From Pseudoalteromonas translucida KMM 520 (lineage in GTDB: Bacteria; Pseudomonadota; Gammaproteobacteria; Enterobacterales; Alteromonadaceae): a DNA stretch of 32,000 nt. The notes under the pieces were generated by a model. That model saw nothing but the letters and a program-made list of their open reading frames with translations. It ran no database searches and was not told where the DNA came from. How positions within the stretch are numbered: the first letter of the stretch is position 1; the number at the start of each line of letters is the position of its first letter. The stretch spans positions 840,001 through 872,000 of the forward strand of contig NZ_CP011034.1 of NCBI RefSeq assembly GCF_001465295.1, in the 5' to 3' direction. The translations under genes and the position numbers were made by a program. Shown in pieces: positions 17,712-25,646 of this stretch.

Positions 17712-19124
17712 ATGGCTATTTCGTTTACTGGCTTAGGTTCAGGCTTACAAGTATCTGAAATTGTGGGTGCATTAGTTAATGCTGAAAAAGCACCTTTTGA
17801 ATCACGTTTAAATAAAAAAGAAGCTAACTTAACTACCGATATATCGGCGGTGGGGGCATTAAAGGCCGCGCTCGAAAAAGTACAGCAGTCGATGACAGGA
17901 TTAGGCAACGTTGATAACTATCAAAAACGTACTATATCGGGTAATGATGATTTTATATCGCTTAGCTCAGATAAAGACGCTCAACCAGGTGGCTACTCGG
18001 TAAAAGTAAATAATTTAGCCACTGAGCATAAAATAATGTCGAGTGCGTTTGATGCCGCTAGCCCTGTTGGCGCTGGCACCATGACGTTAAGCTCGGGCGA
18101 TAATAGTTTTGATATTGCAGTATCAGGCACTGCAACGCTTAGCGAAGTTCGCGATGCAATAAACAACAGTAAAGATAATAAAAGCATTAACGCTACTATA
18201 ATTACCGATGATACTGGCCAGCGCTTAGTGTTTTCGGCTCAAACCAGTGGTGTAGAAAACCAAATTAAAATAGCTGTGGCCGATGACGATGCTAATAACA
18301 CCGATACCCTAGGCCTTTCGCGTTTAGCATTTGATCCTGCACCTGCAGGAATCAAAAATGTGAGCGAAGTAGTTGCCGCTGTTGACGCGTCAATAACTAT
18401 TGATGGCACAGTAACAGTAACTAGTAGCACTAACGAATTTAAAAACGTGATTGATGGCGTGACTATTACCGCTAAAAAAGCACAAGGTATTGACGACGAC
18501 TTAAGTAAGCTAACCGTTAAAGAAAATAACAATAATATTAAAGCTGGCTTAAATGGGTTTATCGAAAGTTATAACGAGCTGCTAGAACTAAGTAAAAACT
18601 TAGGCAAATCTGGCGAAGATGGTGCTGGCGTAATGGCGGGTGATTCTCTGCTGCGCGGTGTTATGTCAAAGTTAAGGCAAGAAATTACTAACAGTGTTGA
18701 CTTAGGCGATGGCAACTCTTTGTCGTTGTCGCAGTTAGGTGTTGAAGCCGACCGCTATGGTAAATTAAGCTTAGATACCGAACGTTTAGATGAGCAAGTA
18801 AAAAATGATGTTGATTTAGTACAGCAGTTTTTTATTGGCGAAAATAAAGACGAAGGCGGTTTTGCCCAATCGTTTGATGAGCTAATGAACTTTTATACTA
18901 AGTCAGATGGCTTAATTCAAAACAGAATAGAGAGTAAAGAAGGTCAGCTTCGTGGTATTGATGACGAGCGAGTATCGTTTGCACGTAAAATGCAGTCGTT
19001 AGAGTCGCGCCTTTATGCGCAGTACAACAGCATGGATTTATTGGTGGCAGGCTTAAATTCAACCAGTAGTTATCTTCAATCTCAGTTAGATAATATGCCA
19101 GGCGTAGTTAGAAAGTCTAAATAG
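17712..19124 (+). CDS. fliD: Flagellar filament cap protein FliD (HAP2)
   Basis: N-terminus GLGSGLQVSEIVGALVNAEKAPFESRL and C-terminal FliD region (RIESKEGQLRGIDDE...ESRLYAQYNSMDLLVAGLNSTSSYL). 470 aa. Confidence 0.95.
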   Translation: MAISFTGLGSGLQVSEIVGALVNAEKAPFESRLNKKEANLTTDISAVGALKAALEKVQQSMTGLGNVDNYQKRTISGNDDFISLSSDKDAQPGGYSVKVNNLATEHKIMSSAFDAASPVGAGTMTLSSGDNSFDIAVSGTATLSEVRDAINNSKDNKSINATIITDDTGQRLVFSAQTSGVENQIKIAVADDDANNTDTLGLSRLAFDPAPAGIKNVSEVVAAVDASITIDGTVTVTSSTNEFKNVIDGVTITAKKAQGIDDDLSKLTVKENNNNIKAGLNGFIESYNELLELSKNLGKSGEDGAGVMAGDSLLRGVMSKLRQEITNSVDLGDGNSLSLSQLGVEADRYGKLSLDTERLDEQVKNDVDLVQQFFIGENKDEGGFAQSFDELMNFYTKSDGLIQNRIESKEGQLRGIDDERVSFARKMQSLESRLYAQYNSMDLLVAGLNSTSSYLQSQLDNMPGVVRKSK

Positions 19125-19256
19125 TTAAGGGCTCGATCTCTAGGGAATATACTAGGCTTTAGGCTAATACAAACGGTGAGCTTACCAAAGGGTAGCTGCT
19201 GGTTTTATAAGTGCGGTTTTATTTAATCACAACAGTACAAAAAGGCTTTAAGTGAT

Positions 19257-19460
19257 TTATTCACAAAGAGGCTAAGAGACGCTGCGCTTTAGAGAAGAAA
19301 AAGATACTAAATAACCTGTTTAATTGGCTTCTCATTCCCCCTCATTGTTTTCTCTTTGTGAAAAATGATCTTTAAATAACTTATTCACAAAGAGGCTAAG
19401 AGGCGCTGCGCTTTAGAGAAGAACAGTGTGCAACACCATCGTTTAATTCACTTTTCATTA
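19257..19460 (+). repeat. Family-2 intergenic repeat, copy C (about 1.6 units, period 123 bp)
   Basis: TTATTCACAAAGAGGCTAAGAGRCGCTGCGCTTTAGAGAAGAA occurs at 19258-19299 and 19381-19422. The 11-bp inverted repeat is TTCACAAAGAG (19260-19270, 19384-19394) against CTCTTTGTGAA (19352-19362). The GTTTAATT...CTTYTCATT tail is repeated after each core. Confidence 0.88.
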
Positions 19461-19474
19461 AGCTAATTAGCTTT

Positions 19475-19774
19475 TTAAGTACTTTTGTAAGCGCTGATCG
19501 CTTTGTCTGACTTTTTATGCTTTAACAAGGCTTTAAACGAGTCGTCTTTATGGCTGTTAGCTTGAGTTAAAATAGTATTAATATGCGCTAGTGTTGCGGT
19601 TAGCTCGTCACTACTTGGCTGCTCAGCACTTTCGCACCAGCTTTTTAAACACGTATTTAACGCTTCAAGCTGTAAAGCTGCCGCGTCAGCATCGTTGTTA
19701 TTTACCAGTGTTTCAAGCTCGCAGAGCAATTTTTTAATTTGCTCTGCTGGCTGTTGGTCAGTTATTAAAGGCAT
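19475..19774 (-). CDS. Small helical protein, probable flagellar chaperone FliT-like (position-based call)
   Basis: 99-aa predicted all-helical, acidic protein 6 nt downstream of fliS in the same orientation. This is the slot held by the FliT-like gene (PA1096) between fliS and fleQ in Pseudomonas. I recognise no strong motif. Confidence 0.5.
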   Translation of the reverse strand: MPLITDQQPAEQIKKLLCELETLVNNNDADAAALQLEALNTCLKSWCESAEQPSSDELTATLAHINTILTQANSHKDDSFKALLKHKKSDKAISAYKST

Positions 19775-19780
19775 AATAAA

Positions 19781-20182
19781 TTAAACTGCAGGAGAGCGTT
19801 CGCTAGCAGGAATATTATCCCACCCTTCTTTTATTTCTTTCACTATGCTAGACACTTCCATAATTGCTGCTGTGTCGTTATTTAAATTTGCTTTAGTTAG
19901 TGTACGCTGGCAATAATCGTATAGCGCTAATAAGTTGTCTGAAATTTCTGAACCTTGCTCAACGTCAAAATTAAGTGCGTCTTGTAATGCGCCAAAAAGT
20001 AAAACACAGGCTGAAATGTTTTCGCCCTTTTTTTCGATTTCTTTGCGTTCAATAAAGCCTTTAGTTGCAGCTAAGCGCCCAATAATATTACTAAAAATTA
20101 GGTTTATTTGTTCGTAAGGTGTCATTTCGCTAATGCTGCTTGCACGAACTTGACCGTATTTTTTAATTGATGCATGTGCCAT
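19781..20182 (-). CDS. fliS: Flagellin-specific chaperone FliS
   Basis: FliS four-helix-bundle pattern: Y..V......MTPYEQINLIF...IGRL..A......EIEKKGENISA...L...LQDALN.....EISDNLLALYDYC...L..ANL....AAIMEV..IV.EIKEGW. 133 aa. Confidence 0.92.
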   Translation of the reverse strand: MAHASIKKYGQVRASSISEMTPYEQINLIFSNIIGRLAATKGFIERKEIEKKGENISACVLLFGALQDALNFDVEQGSEISDNLLALYDYCQRTLTKANLNNDTAAIMEVSSIVKEIKEGWDNIPASERSPAV

Positions 20183-20228
20183 AAGAAAATCCTAAATTTT
20201 GATAACTAAAAATATTAATACAATGCCA

Positions 20229-20244
20229 GCAATTATAATGCCAA
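20229..20244 (-). promoter_or_regulatory. Sigma54 promoter for fliS (minus strand)
   Basis: The minus strand reads TGGCATTATAATTGCT with exact TGGCAC-N5-TTGC spacing. The -12 element is 46 nt upstream of the fliS ATG. Confidence 0.7.
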
Positions 20245-20263
20245 GCATTTTATATATAATTAC

Positions 20264-20291
20264 TTATCGGCATTAAAGGCGGCAACTTAAG
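20264..20291 (-). promoter_or_regulatory. Sigma28 promoter for fliS (minus strand), upstream of the sigma54 promoter
   Basis: The minus strand reads CTTAAG-N14-GCCGATAA, with a perfect -10 GCCGATAA and one mismatch to the -35 CTAAAG. Confidence 0.6.
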
Positions 20292-20485
20292 TAAATATTA
20301 GTGAATATTTTTATTATAAAGTTACTTTGTATCTCAAATTTAAGTATTAAGCTTTGCGATTAACTTTTTATGCAAATTTAGGGGGTATTTACAACCTTAA
20401 TACTTAATGATTAATCCTTAAGTATTGTTGCTTTAACTAAAGTGTCTGTTTTTTGGCGTTAATGTCAAAAAGTCGCCACTAGTGC

Positions 20486-20513
20486 TTGCATACAATTTCA
20501 ACTGGCTTACAAT
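20486..20513 (+). promoter_or_regulatory. Candidate sigma70 promoter for flrA
   Basis: TTGCAT-N16-TACAAT lies 44 nt upstream of the flrA ATG. This fits flrA/fleQ as the class I, sigma70-dependent gene in Vibrio and Pseudomonas. Confidence 0.45.
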
Positions 20514-20556
20514 TTGATTAACAAAATAAATTAGTGAAAAGAATGGCCCGCTAAAT

Positions 20557-21990
20557 ATGATCTTAATTTTAGATAATAATAACAATCGCTCGATAGGATT
20601 ATATGCCTCACTTACTTTTATTGGTGAAGCGGTGCAATTACAAACTGAAGCAGATTTTGAGCAAGCATGTAGCAAGTATCAAAGTAAAGAATGCATTGTA
20701 ATTTTAGGTGCATTGCAGGCGCTCGATCACGAAAGTTTAATTAAACGCTACCCTACGTTTCCTTTTTTACTCATAGGCGAAACACTCAAGCCTTTACTCA
20801 GTATTGCTAATGTAGTGGGGCTGATTTGTGAGCCATTTAGCCACGAAATAACCACGCAATTATTACACGACTGCCAACAATATCAGCGCATGCTGCCTAT
20901 TGAGCACAAACACAGTAAACCACACAATACTTTTGATGGTCTAGTGGGCGAAACATCAGCGGTTAAAGATCTGCGCTTTTTAATTGAACAAGTAGCCAAA
21001 ACCGATGCTAATGTACTTATTTTAGGTGAGTCGGGCACAGGTAAAGAGGTAGTGGCGCGTAACGTACATTTATTATCTAAACGCCTTAAAGGGCCTTTTG
21101 TACCAGTTAACTGTGGTGCGATTCCGGGGGAGTTGCTCGAAAGTGAATTATTTGGCCATGAAAAAGGCGCATTTACAGGGGCTATTTCTGCTCGTAAAGG
21201 GCGTTTTGAACTGGCACAAGGCGGTACGCTATTTTTAGATGAAATAGGCGATATGCCGCTGCAAATGCAAGTTAAGTTGCTGCGCGTATTGCAAGAGCGC
21301 AGTTATGAGCGAGTAGGCGGCACTAAAGCGATTCAGGCTGATGTACGTATTATTGCTGCAACCCATCGCAACCTCGAAACCATGATAGAGCAAGGCACGT
21401 TTCGTGAAGATTTATACTACCGATTAAACGTGTTCCCCATTGAAAGCCCATCGCTTACTCAGCGCGCCGATGACATACCGCTGTTATTAAAAGAGTTAAT
21501 GCGCCGCGTTAATGAGCAAAGTGGCTCAACCGCTAAGTTTACTGAGCGCGCTGTCGAAAGTTTAAAAGAGCATAGTTGGCCGGGTAATATTCGCGAGCTT
21601 GCAAACTTAGTTGAGCGAATGGTGATAATGTTCCCGGAAAAAGTGGTAGATGTTCCCGACTTACCGGCTAAGTATCGTTATATTGAAGTTGAAGCCTATG
21701 AGCCACAGTATCCAGAAGAGTTAATGGAGCGCGATGCTTTTAACGACATATTTAGCACCGACTTTAGCGATTATGACGATGAACCCGAACACTCTGCAAC
21801 AGCAGATTCAGGCTTGTTACCCAGCGAAGGGATTGAGCTTAAAGAATACTTAGCCGAGCTAGAAATTAACTTAATTACTCAAGCATTAGAACGCTTTGAT
21901 TATGTAGTTGCTCGCGCCGCCGAAATACTCGGAGTACGCCGCACTACTTTGGTCGAAAAAATGAAAAAATATAACTTGTCGAGAGATTAA
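20557..21990 (+). CDS. flrA: Sigma54-dependent flagellar master regulator FlrA (FleQ/FlaK)
   Basis: The N-terminal FleQ-type pseudo-receiver has ILILDNNNN instead of an acidic pocket. The AAA+ sigma54-interaction domain has Walker [15 protein letters not shown], Walker B LFLDEIGD and RVLQER. C-terminal Fis-type HTH ([19 protein letters not shown]). Confidence 0.93.
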   Translation: MILILDNNNNRSIGLYASLTFIGEAVQLQTEADFEQACSKYQSKECIVILGALQALDHESLIKRYPTFPFLLIGETLKPLLSIANVVGLICEPFSHEITTQLLHDCQQYQRMLPIEHKHSKPHNTFDGLVGETSAVKDLRFLIEQVAKTDANVLILGESGTGKEVVARNVHLLSKRLKGPFVPVNCGAIPGELLESELFGHEKGAFTGAISARKGRFELAQGGTLFLDEIGDMPLQMQVKLLRVLQERSYERVGGTKAIQADVRIIAATHRNLETMIEQGTFREDLYYRLNVFPIESPSLTQRADDIPLLLKELMRRVNEQSGSTAKFTERAVESLKEHSWPGNIRELANLVERMVIMFPEKVVDVPDLPAKYRYIEVEAYEPQYPEELMERDAFNDIFSTDFSDYDDEPEHSATADSGLLPSEGIELKEYLAELEINLITQALERFDYVVARAAEILGVRRTTLVEKMKKYNLSRD

Positions 21991-22004
21991 AAGCTAAGGG
22001 CAGC

Positions 22005-22100
22005 TATCAGGTTTTAGGTGTCAGCGAACGGCTAGAAATGGAAAGTGCAGGTTTTAGGTGTCAGGGTTCAGGCTTTAGGTAAAAAATAACCAAGCACAGC
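22005..22100 (+). repeat. Family-1 (AGGT-heptad) repeat copy, starting 15 nt after the flrA stop
   Basis: ATCAGGTTTTAGGTGTCAG...GTGCAGGTTTTAGGTGTCAGGGTTCAGGCTTTAGGTAAAAAATAACCAAGCACAGCG is colinear with the 62-bp unit at 13212-13390. Confidence 0.8.
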
Positions 22101-22174
22101 GTTTAGCTTTTGCTGTAGGCGTTAAGCTTGCTGACGCGCGCACTAATTACAGAGGCTTGGTTAAAAGCCTGAAA

Positions 22175-22771
22175 TCAGACTGTTTGCCTAGCCCCTAGTT
22201 TTTTAACTTCTTCTTTTCTAAAACAGTTATTACTGTGATCGTTAACCATACCGCAGGCTTGCATATGGGCGTATACGGTTGTTGGCCCTAAAAACTTAAA
22301 ACCACGCTTTTTTAAATCTTTAGCAAATGCGCTTGAGATAGGGGTAATTGCTGGGGCGTCGTCAGCAGAATTTAAATTACTTACTTGCGGCTTATTGCCA
22401 ACAAACTGCCATTGATAGTTACTAAAGCTGCCAAATTCTTGCTGAATTTTAATAAAGCATTTGGCGTTATTTACAGTAGCAGCAATTTTTAAGCGATTAC
22501 GCACAATACCTGCATCAAGCATTAGTCGCTCAATATCTTGCTCGGTAAATGCTGCTACTTTGTGTACATCAAAGTTGGCAAAAGCATTTCTATAACCATT
22601 ACGCTTTTTTAAAATGGTGTACCAACTCAAGCCTGCTTGCGCCGACTCCAGCGTTAAAAATTCAAACAGTTTTTTATCGTCATATACTGGCACTCCCCAT
22701 TCGTTATCGTGGTATGCAACGTAGTCGGGTTTACTGGTGTCGAGCCATGAGCAGCGAGATTGCTTGGTCAT
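22175..22771 (-). CDS. tag: DNA-3-methyladenine glycosylase I (Tag)
   Basis: RCSWLDTSKPDYVAYHDNEWGVPVYDDKKLFEFLTLESAQAGLSWYTILKKR...GIVRNRLKI...KKRGFKFLGPTTVYAHMQACGMVNDH matches E. coli Tag closely, including the Zn-binding Cys/His positions. AAGGAA RBS on the minus strand. Confidence 0.95.
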   Translation of the reverse strand: MTKQSRCSWLDTSKPDYVAYHDNEWGVPVYDDKKLFEFLTLESAQAGLSWYTILKKRNGYRNAFANFDVHKVAAFTEQDIERLMLDAGIVRNRLKIAATVNNAKCFIKIQQEFGSFSNYQWQFVGNKPQVSNLNSADDAPAITPISSAFAKDLKKRGFKFLGPTTVYAHMQACGMVNDHSNNCFRKEEVKKLGARQTV

Positions 22772-22865
22772 TATAGTTCCTTAGTTGCGGTGCTTTTATT
22801 TGCGCGTCATTTTAATGTCGCGCATTTTTATTGTGTAACTCAATGATATACATGCTAATAAAAGA

Positions 22866-22881
22866 TGGTATAAATTGTGCA
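22866..22881 (+). promoter_or_regulatory. Sigma54 promoter for flrBC
   Basis: TGGTATAAATTGTGCA has correct GG-N10-GC spacing, 37 nt upstream of ATG 22918. It lies inside the longer ORF-track reading frame. Confidence 0.55.
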
Positions 22882-22917
22882 TTTAAAGCTGTATCTACAT
22901 CAATTAGAGATTTGATT

Positions 22918-24030
22918 ATGGCACTTGCTAGTGTGTTAAAACCACAGTTTATTTCTGCAAATCAGTATAACCCATGTTTACTTCAAGAGGAGTATATAGG
23001 GGAGTTAAGCGATCTGCGTAAACAGGCTAGTTGGCTTTCGCATTTAGTAGATACTATGCCTGCAGGAGTAATAGTGCTTGATGGTAAAGGCATGATAGCG
23101 AAAGCGAATCAAATTGCGATTGATATGCTTGGCGAGCCGTTAGAAGGCGAAAAGTGGTTTAGTGTTATTCAGCGCTCTTTTCGGCCTCAGCAAGATGATG
23201 GCCACGAAGTGTCTTTAAAAGACGGACGCTTAATAAAACTTGATATTACCGCACTTGCACCAGAGCCAGGGCAACTAATTTTAATGACAGATTTGAGCGA
23301 AACCCGCCGCTTACAAAAGCGGGTTGCGCATATGCAGCGCTTAAGTGCGCTGGGTAAAATGGTGGCATCGTTGGCGCACCAAGTACGTACGCCGCTGTCG
23401 GCGGCTATGCTTTATGCTGCTAATTTAGGCTCAAAACGCTTACCCGAAGCGTCGCGCGATAATTTTCAAACGAAATTAATGTCGCGTTTAAAAGATTTAG
23501 AAAACCAAGTAAACGACATGCTGTTATTTGCTAAAAGTGGCGATCAGCATGTGGTTGAGCAGGTATCTATGCAGCAATTATTAAGCGAAGTAAAAGCCGG
23601 TGCAGATGCCATGGTAACGCTTAATAACAGTGAGCTTGGTGTAAGCTTACCTGAGCCCGACATTACTATTTTAGGAAATAAAACCGCGCTTGCTAGTGCG
23701 ATTCAAAACCTGATTCATAACAGTATTCAAATTATAGGCGCTGGGGCACAAGTGCAAGTAAGTGCAATGCGCGATTTGCAAACCCCAGACTTTGTACGCA
23801 TTAGCGTGAGTGATAATGGCCCAGGTGTTGACCTACAGCAGGTAGATAAACTGTTTGAACCATTTTTTACCACTAGCAGCCAAGGCACAGGCTTAGGGTT
23901 GGCGGTTGTTAGCTCTGTTGCTAATGCGCACCAAGGGCGTATTGAGGTGACTAATAATGTACATGGCGGCGCTTGTTTTAACTTGTTATTGCCAATTAGC
24001 GCAGCATCTAAATTAGAGGAATCGTTATGA
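22918..24030 (+). CDS. flrB: Flagellar sensor histidine kinase FlrB (FleS/FlaL)
   Basis: PAS-like N-domain, H-box LAHQVRTPLSAA, then N, G1 (DNGPGV) and G2 (GTGLGLA) boxes. The start is taken at the in-frame ATG 22918 (MALASVLKP...), downstream of the sigma54 promoter, not at 22831. Confidence 0.88.
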   Translation: MALASVLKPQFISANQYNPCLLQEEYIGELSDLRKQASWLSHLVDTMPAGVIVLDGKGMIAKANQIAIDMLGEPLEGEKWFSVIQRSFRPQQDDGHEVSLKDGRLIKLDITALAPEPGQLILMTDLSETRRLQKRVAHMQRLSALGKMVASLAHQVRTPLSAAMLYAANLGSKRLPEASRDNFQTKLMSRLKDLENQVNDMLLFAKSGDQHVVEQVSMQQLLSEVKAGADAMVTLNNSELGVSLPEPDITILGNKTALASAIQNLIHNSIQIIGAGAQVQVSAMRDLQTPDFVRISVSDNGPGVDLQQVDKLFEPFFTTSSQGTGLGLAVVSSVANAHQGRIEVTNNVHGGACFNLLLPISAASKLEESL

Positions 24031-25487
24031 GTAATACTATTTTAGTTGTAGAGGACGACGCAGGGCTTCGCGAAGCATTAATAGATACCCTAGAAATGTC
24101 GGGTATTGAATGCGTTGCTGCCGACAGTGCAGAGCAGGCGATGTTACTACTAAAAAAAGAATCCTTTTCGTTAGTGGTGAGCGATGTGCAAATGGGCGCT
24201 ATGAGCGGCCTAGATTTATTGCGCAGTATTAAATTAAATTACCCCGATTTACCGGTATTAATGATGACCGCCTACGCAACTATTGATGATGCGGTAGAGG
24301 CAATGCGCTTAGGCGCGATTGATTATATGGCCAAACCATTTGCACCCGAGGTGCTATTAAATATGGTGAGCCGCTATTTGCCCGAAAAACCCAAAGAAAC
24401 CGACGGCCCTATTGTTGCCGACCCAACGAGTATTCAATTACTGGAGCTTGCAAGCAGGGTAGCTAAATCAGACGCCAGTGTTATGGTGCTGGGGCCAAGT
24501 GGTTCGGGTAAAGAAGTATTGGCGCGGTTTATTCATGATAAATCAGCGCGTGCAGCAAAGCCTTTTGTGGCTATTAACTGTGCAGCTATTCCTGAAAACA
24601 TGCTAGAAGCAACATTATTTGGCTACGAAAAAGGCGCGTTTACTGGCGCGATTCAGGCATGCCCAGGTAAGTTTGAGCAAGCACAGGGCGGTACTATTTT
24701 ACTTGATGAAATTACCGAAATGGATTTAGGCTTACAAGTTAAACTACTGCGTGTATTACAAGAGCGCGAAGTTGAGCGCTTAGGTAGTCGTAAAACCATT
24801 GCGCTAGATGTACGCATACTCGCAACCAGTAATCGCAATTTAAAACAAGCGGTTGCGGATAATCAGTTTAGGGAAGATTTATATTATCGCCTTAACGTTT
24901 TTCCGCTTATGTGGCGGCCATTGTGCGAGCGCCCTGGCGATATAATTGTGTTGGCAAAGCACTTAATTGAACGCCATTTAATTAAAGCTAAGCAGCCGCT
25001 GGCTATTTTAGATAAGCAAGCTGAGCAAAAGCTCCTTAGCCATACATGGCCAGGTAATGTGCGCGAGCTTGATAACGTAATTCAACGTGCGCTTATACTG
25101 CGCAGTGGCAACAGCATAGGTGAGCAAGCTATTTTTATTGAAAATTTAGCCCCAAGTAACTTTGTAGTAGAGCCAGCAATTAGTGAAAGTGCGTTAACTA
25201 GTGCTTATTACGATAATAAAACAACGACCATTACTAATGACGAAAAATTGGGTGATGAAAAGCCTGATGAGCGAATACCGAACGAGCAAAAATCAGATTT
25301 ACTCGCTCAAGATACTGGCAGTTATAAAGATGAGCTTAAAGATAAAGAGCATCGAATTATTTTAGAAACACTCGCGCGTTGCCAAGGCAAGCGTAAAGAT
25401 GTAGCCGAAACCTTGGGGATTAGCCCGCGAACTTTACGTTATAAACTGGCGCAAATGCGCGACTTAGGTATTTCACTTCCTGCATAA
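24027..25487 (+). CDS. flrC: Sigma54-dependent response regulator FlrC (FleR/FlaM)
   Basis: ATGA overlap with flrB. REC domain (ILVVEDD...VVSDVQMGAMSGLDLL...K). AAA+ domain (GPSGSGKE, GAFTGA, ILLDEITE). C-terminal HTH (VAETLGISPRTLRYKL). Confidence 0.95.
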   Translation: MSNTILVVEDDAGLREALIDTLEMSGIECVAADSAEQAMLLLKKESFSLVVSDVQMGAMSGLDLLRSIKLNYPDLPVLMMTAYATIDDAVEAMRLGAIDYMAKPFAPEVLLNMVSRYLPEKPKETDGPIVADPTSIQLLELASRVAKSDASVMVLGPSGSGKEVLARFIHDKSARAAKPFVAINCAAIPENMLEATLFGYEKGAFTGAIQACPGKFEQAQGGTILLDEITEMDLGLQVKLLRVLQEREVERLGSRKTIALDVRILATSNRNLKQAVADNQFREDLYYRLNVFPLMWRPLCERPGDIIVLAKHLIERHLIKAKQPLAILDKQAEQKLLSHTWPGNVRELDNVIQRALILRSGNSIGEQAIFIENLAPSNFVVEPAISESALTSAYYDNKTTTITNDEKLGDEKPDERIPNEQKSDLLAQDTGSYKDELKDKEHRIILETLARCQGKRKDVAETLGISPRTLRYKLAQMRDLGISLPA

Positions 25488-25499
25488 CCTTCAAAAAAG

Positions 25500-25530
25500 C
25501 CCTAAATTCAACACCTTGAATTTAGGGTTG
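25500..25530 (+). terminator. Terminator-like hairpin after flrC
   Basis: 12-bp perfect stem CCCTAAATTCAA / TTGAATTTAGGG with loop CACC, followed by TTGTC (short U-tract). Confidence 0.65.
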
Positions 25531-25589
25531 TCAAAACTCTGACTAAGTAAAAATCACACTAACACTCTGTATTTAAAGGTTTATTTATA

Positions 25590-25605
25590 TGGCACGCTTT
25601 GTGCT
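25590..25605 (+). promoter_or_regulatory. Sigma54 promoter for fliEFGHIJ
   Basis: TGGCACGCTTTGTGCT has a perfect -24 TGGCACG and a -12 TGC, 42 nt upstream of the fliE ATG. Confidence 0.8.
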
Positions 25606-25646
25606 TTATTAACCTTAAGAGTTAACTGCATTGTTAGAGACAAATA

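Noticed and set aside
19458-19476. 14-bp palindrome AAGCTAATTAGCTT followed by TTTT as a bidirectional terminator between fliD and the fliT-like gene.
   Set aside because: The AT-rich stem leaves almost no loop, so the predicted hairpin is weak. It is not convincing as an intrinsic terminator.
20433-20675. 80-aa minus-strand ORF overlapping the flrA start and promoter.
   Set aside because: It overlaps the well-supported flrA N-terminus in antisense, has no RBS and no recognisable domain. It is likely spurious in AT-rich DNA.
22153-22170. Hairpin AGGCTT-N6-AAGCCT downstream of tag as its terminator.
   Set aside because: It has only a 6-bp stem and no U-tract on either strand, which is insufficient support.
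22831-22917. N-terminal extension of flrB starting at 22831 (MCNSMIYMLIKDG...).
   Set aside because: The extension contains the predicted sigma54 promoter (22866-22881) and begins only 60 nt from the divergent tag start. The in-frame ATG at 22918 is the more plausible start.
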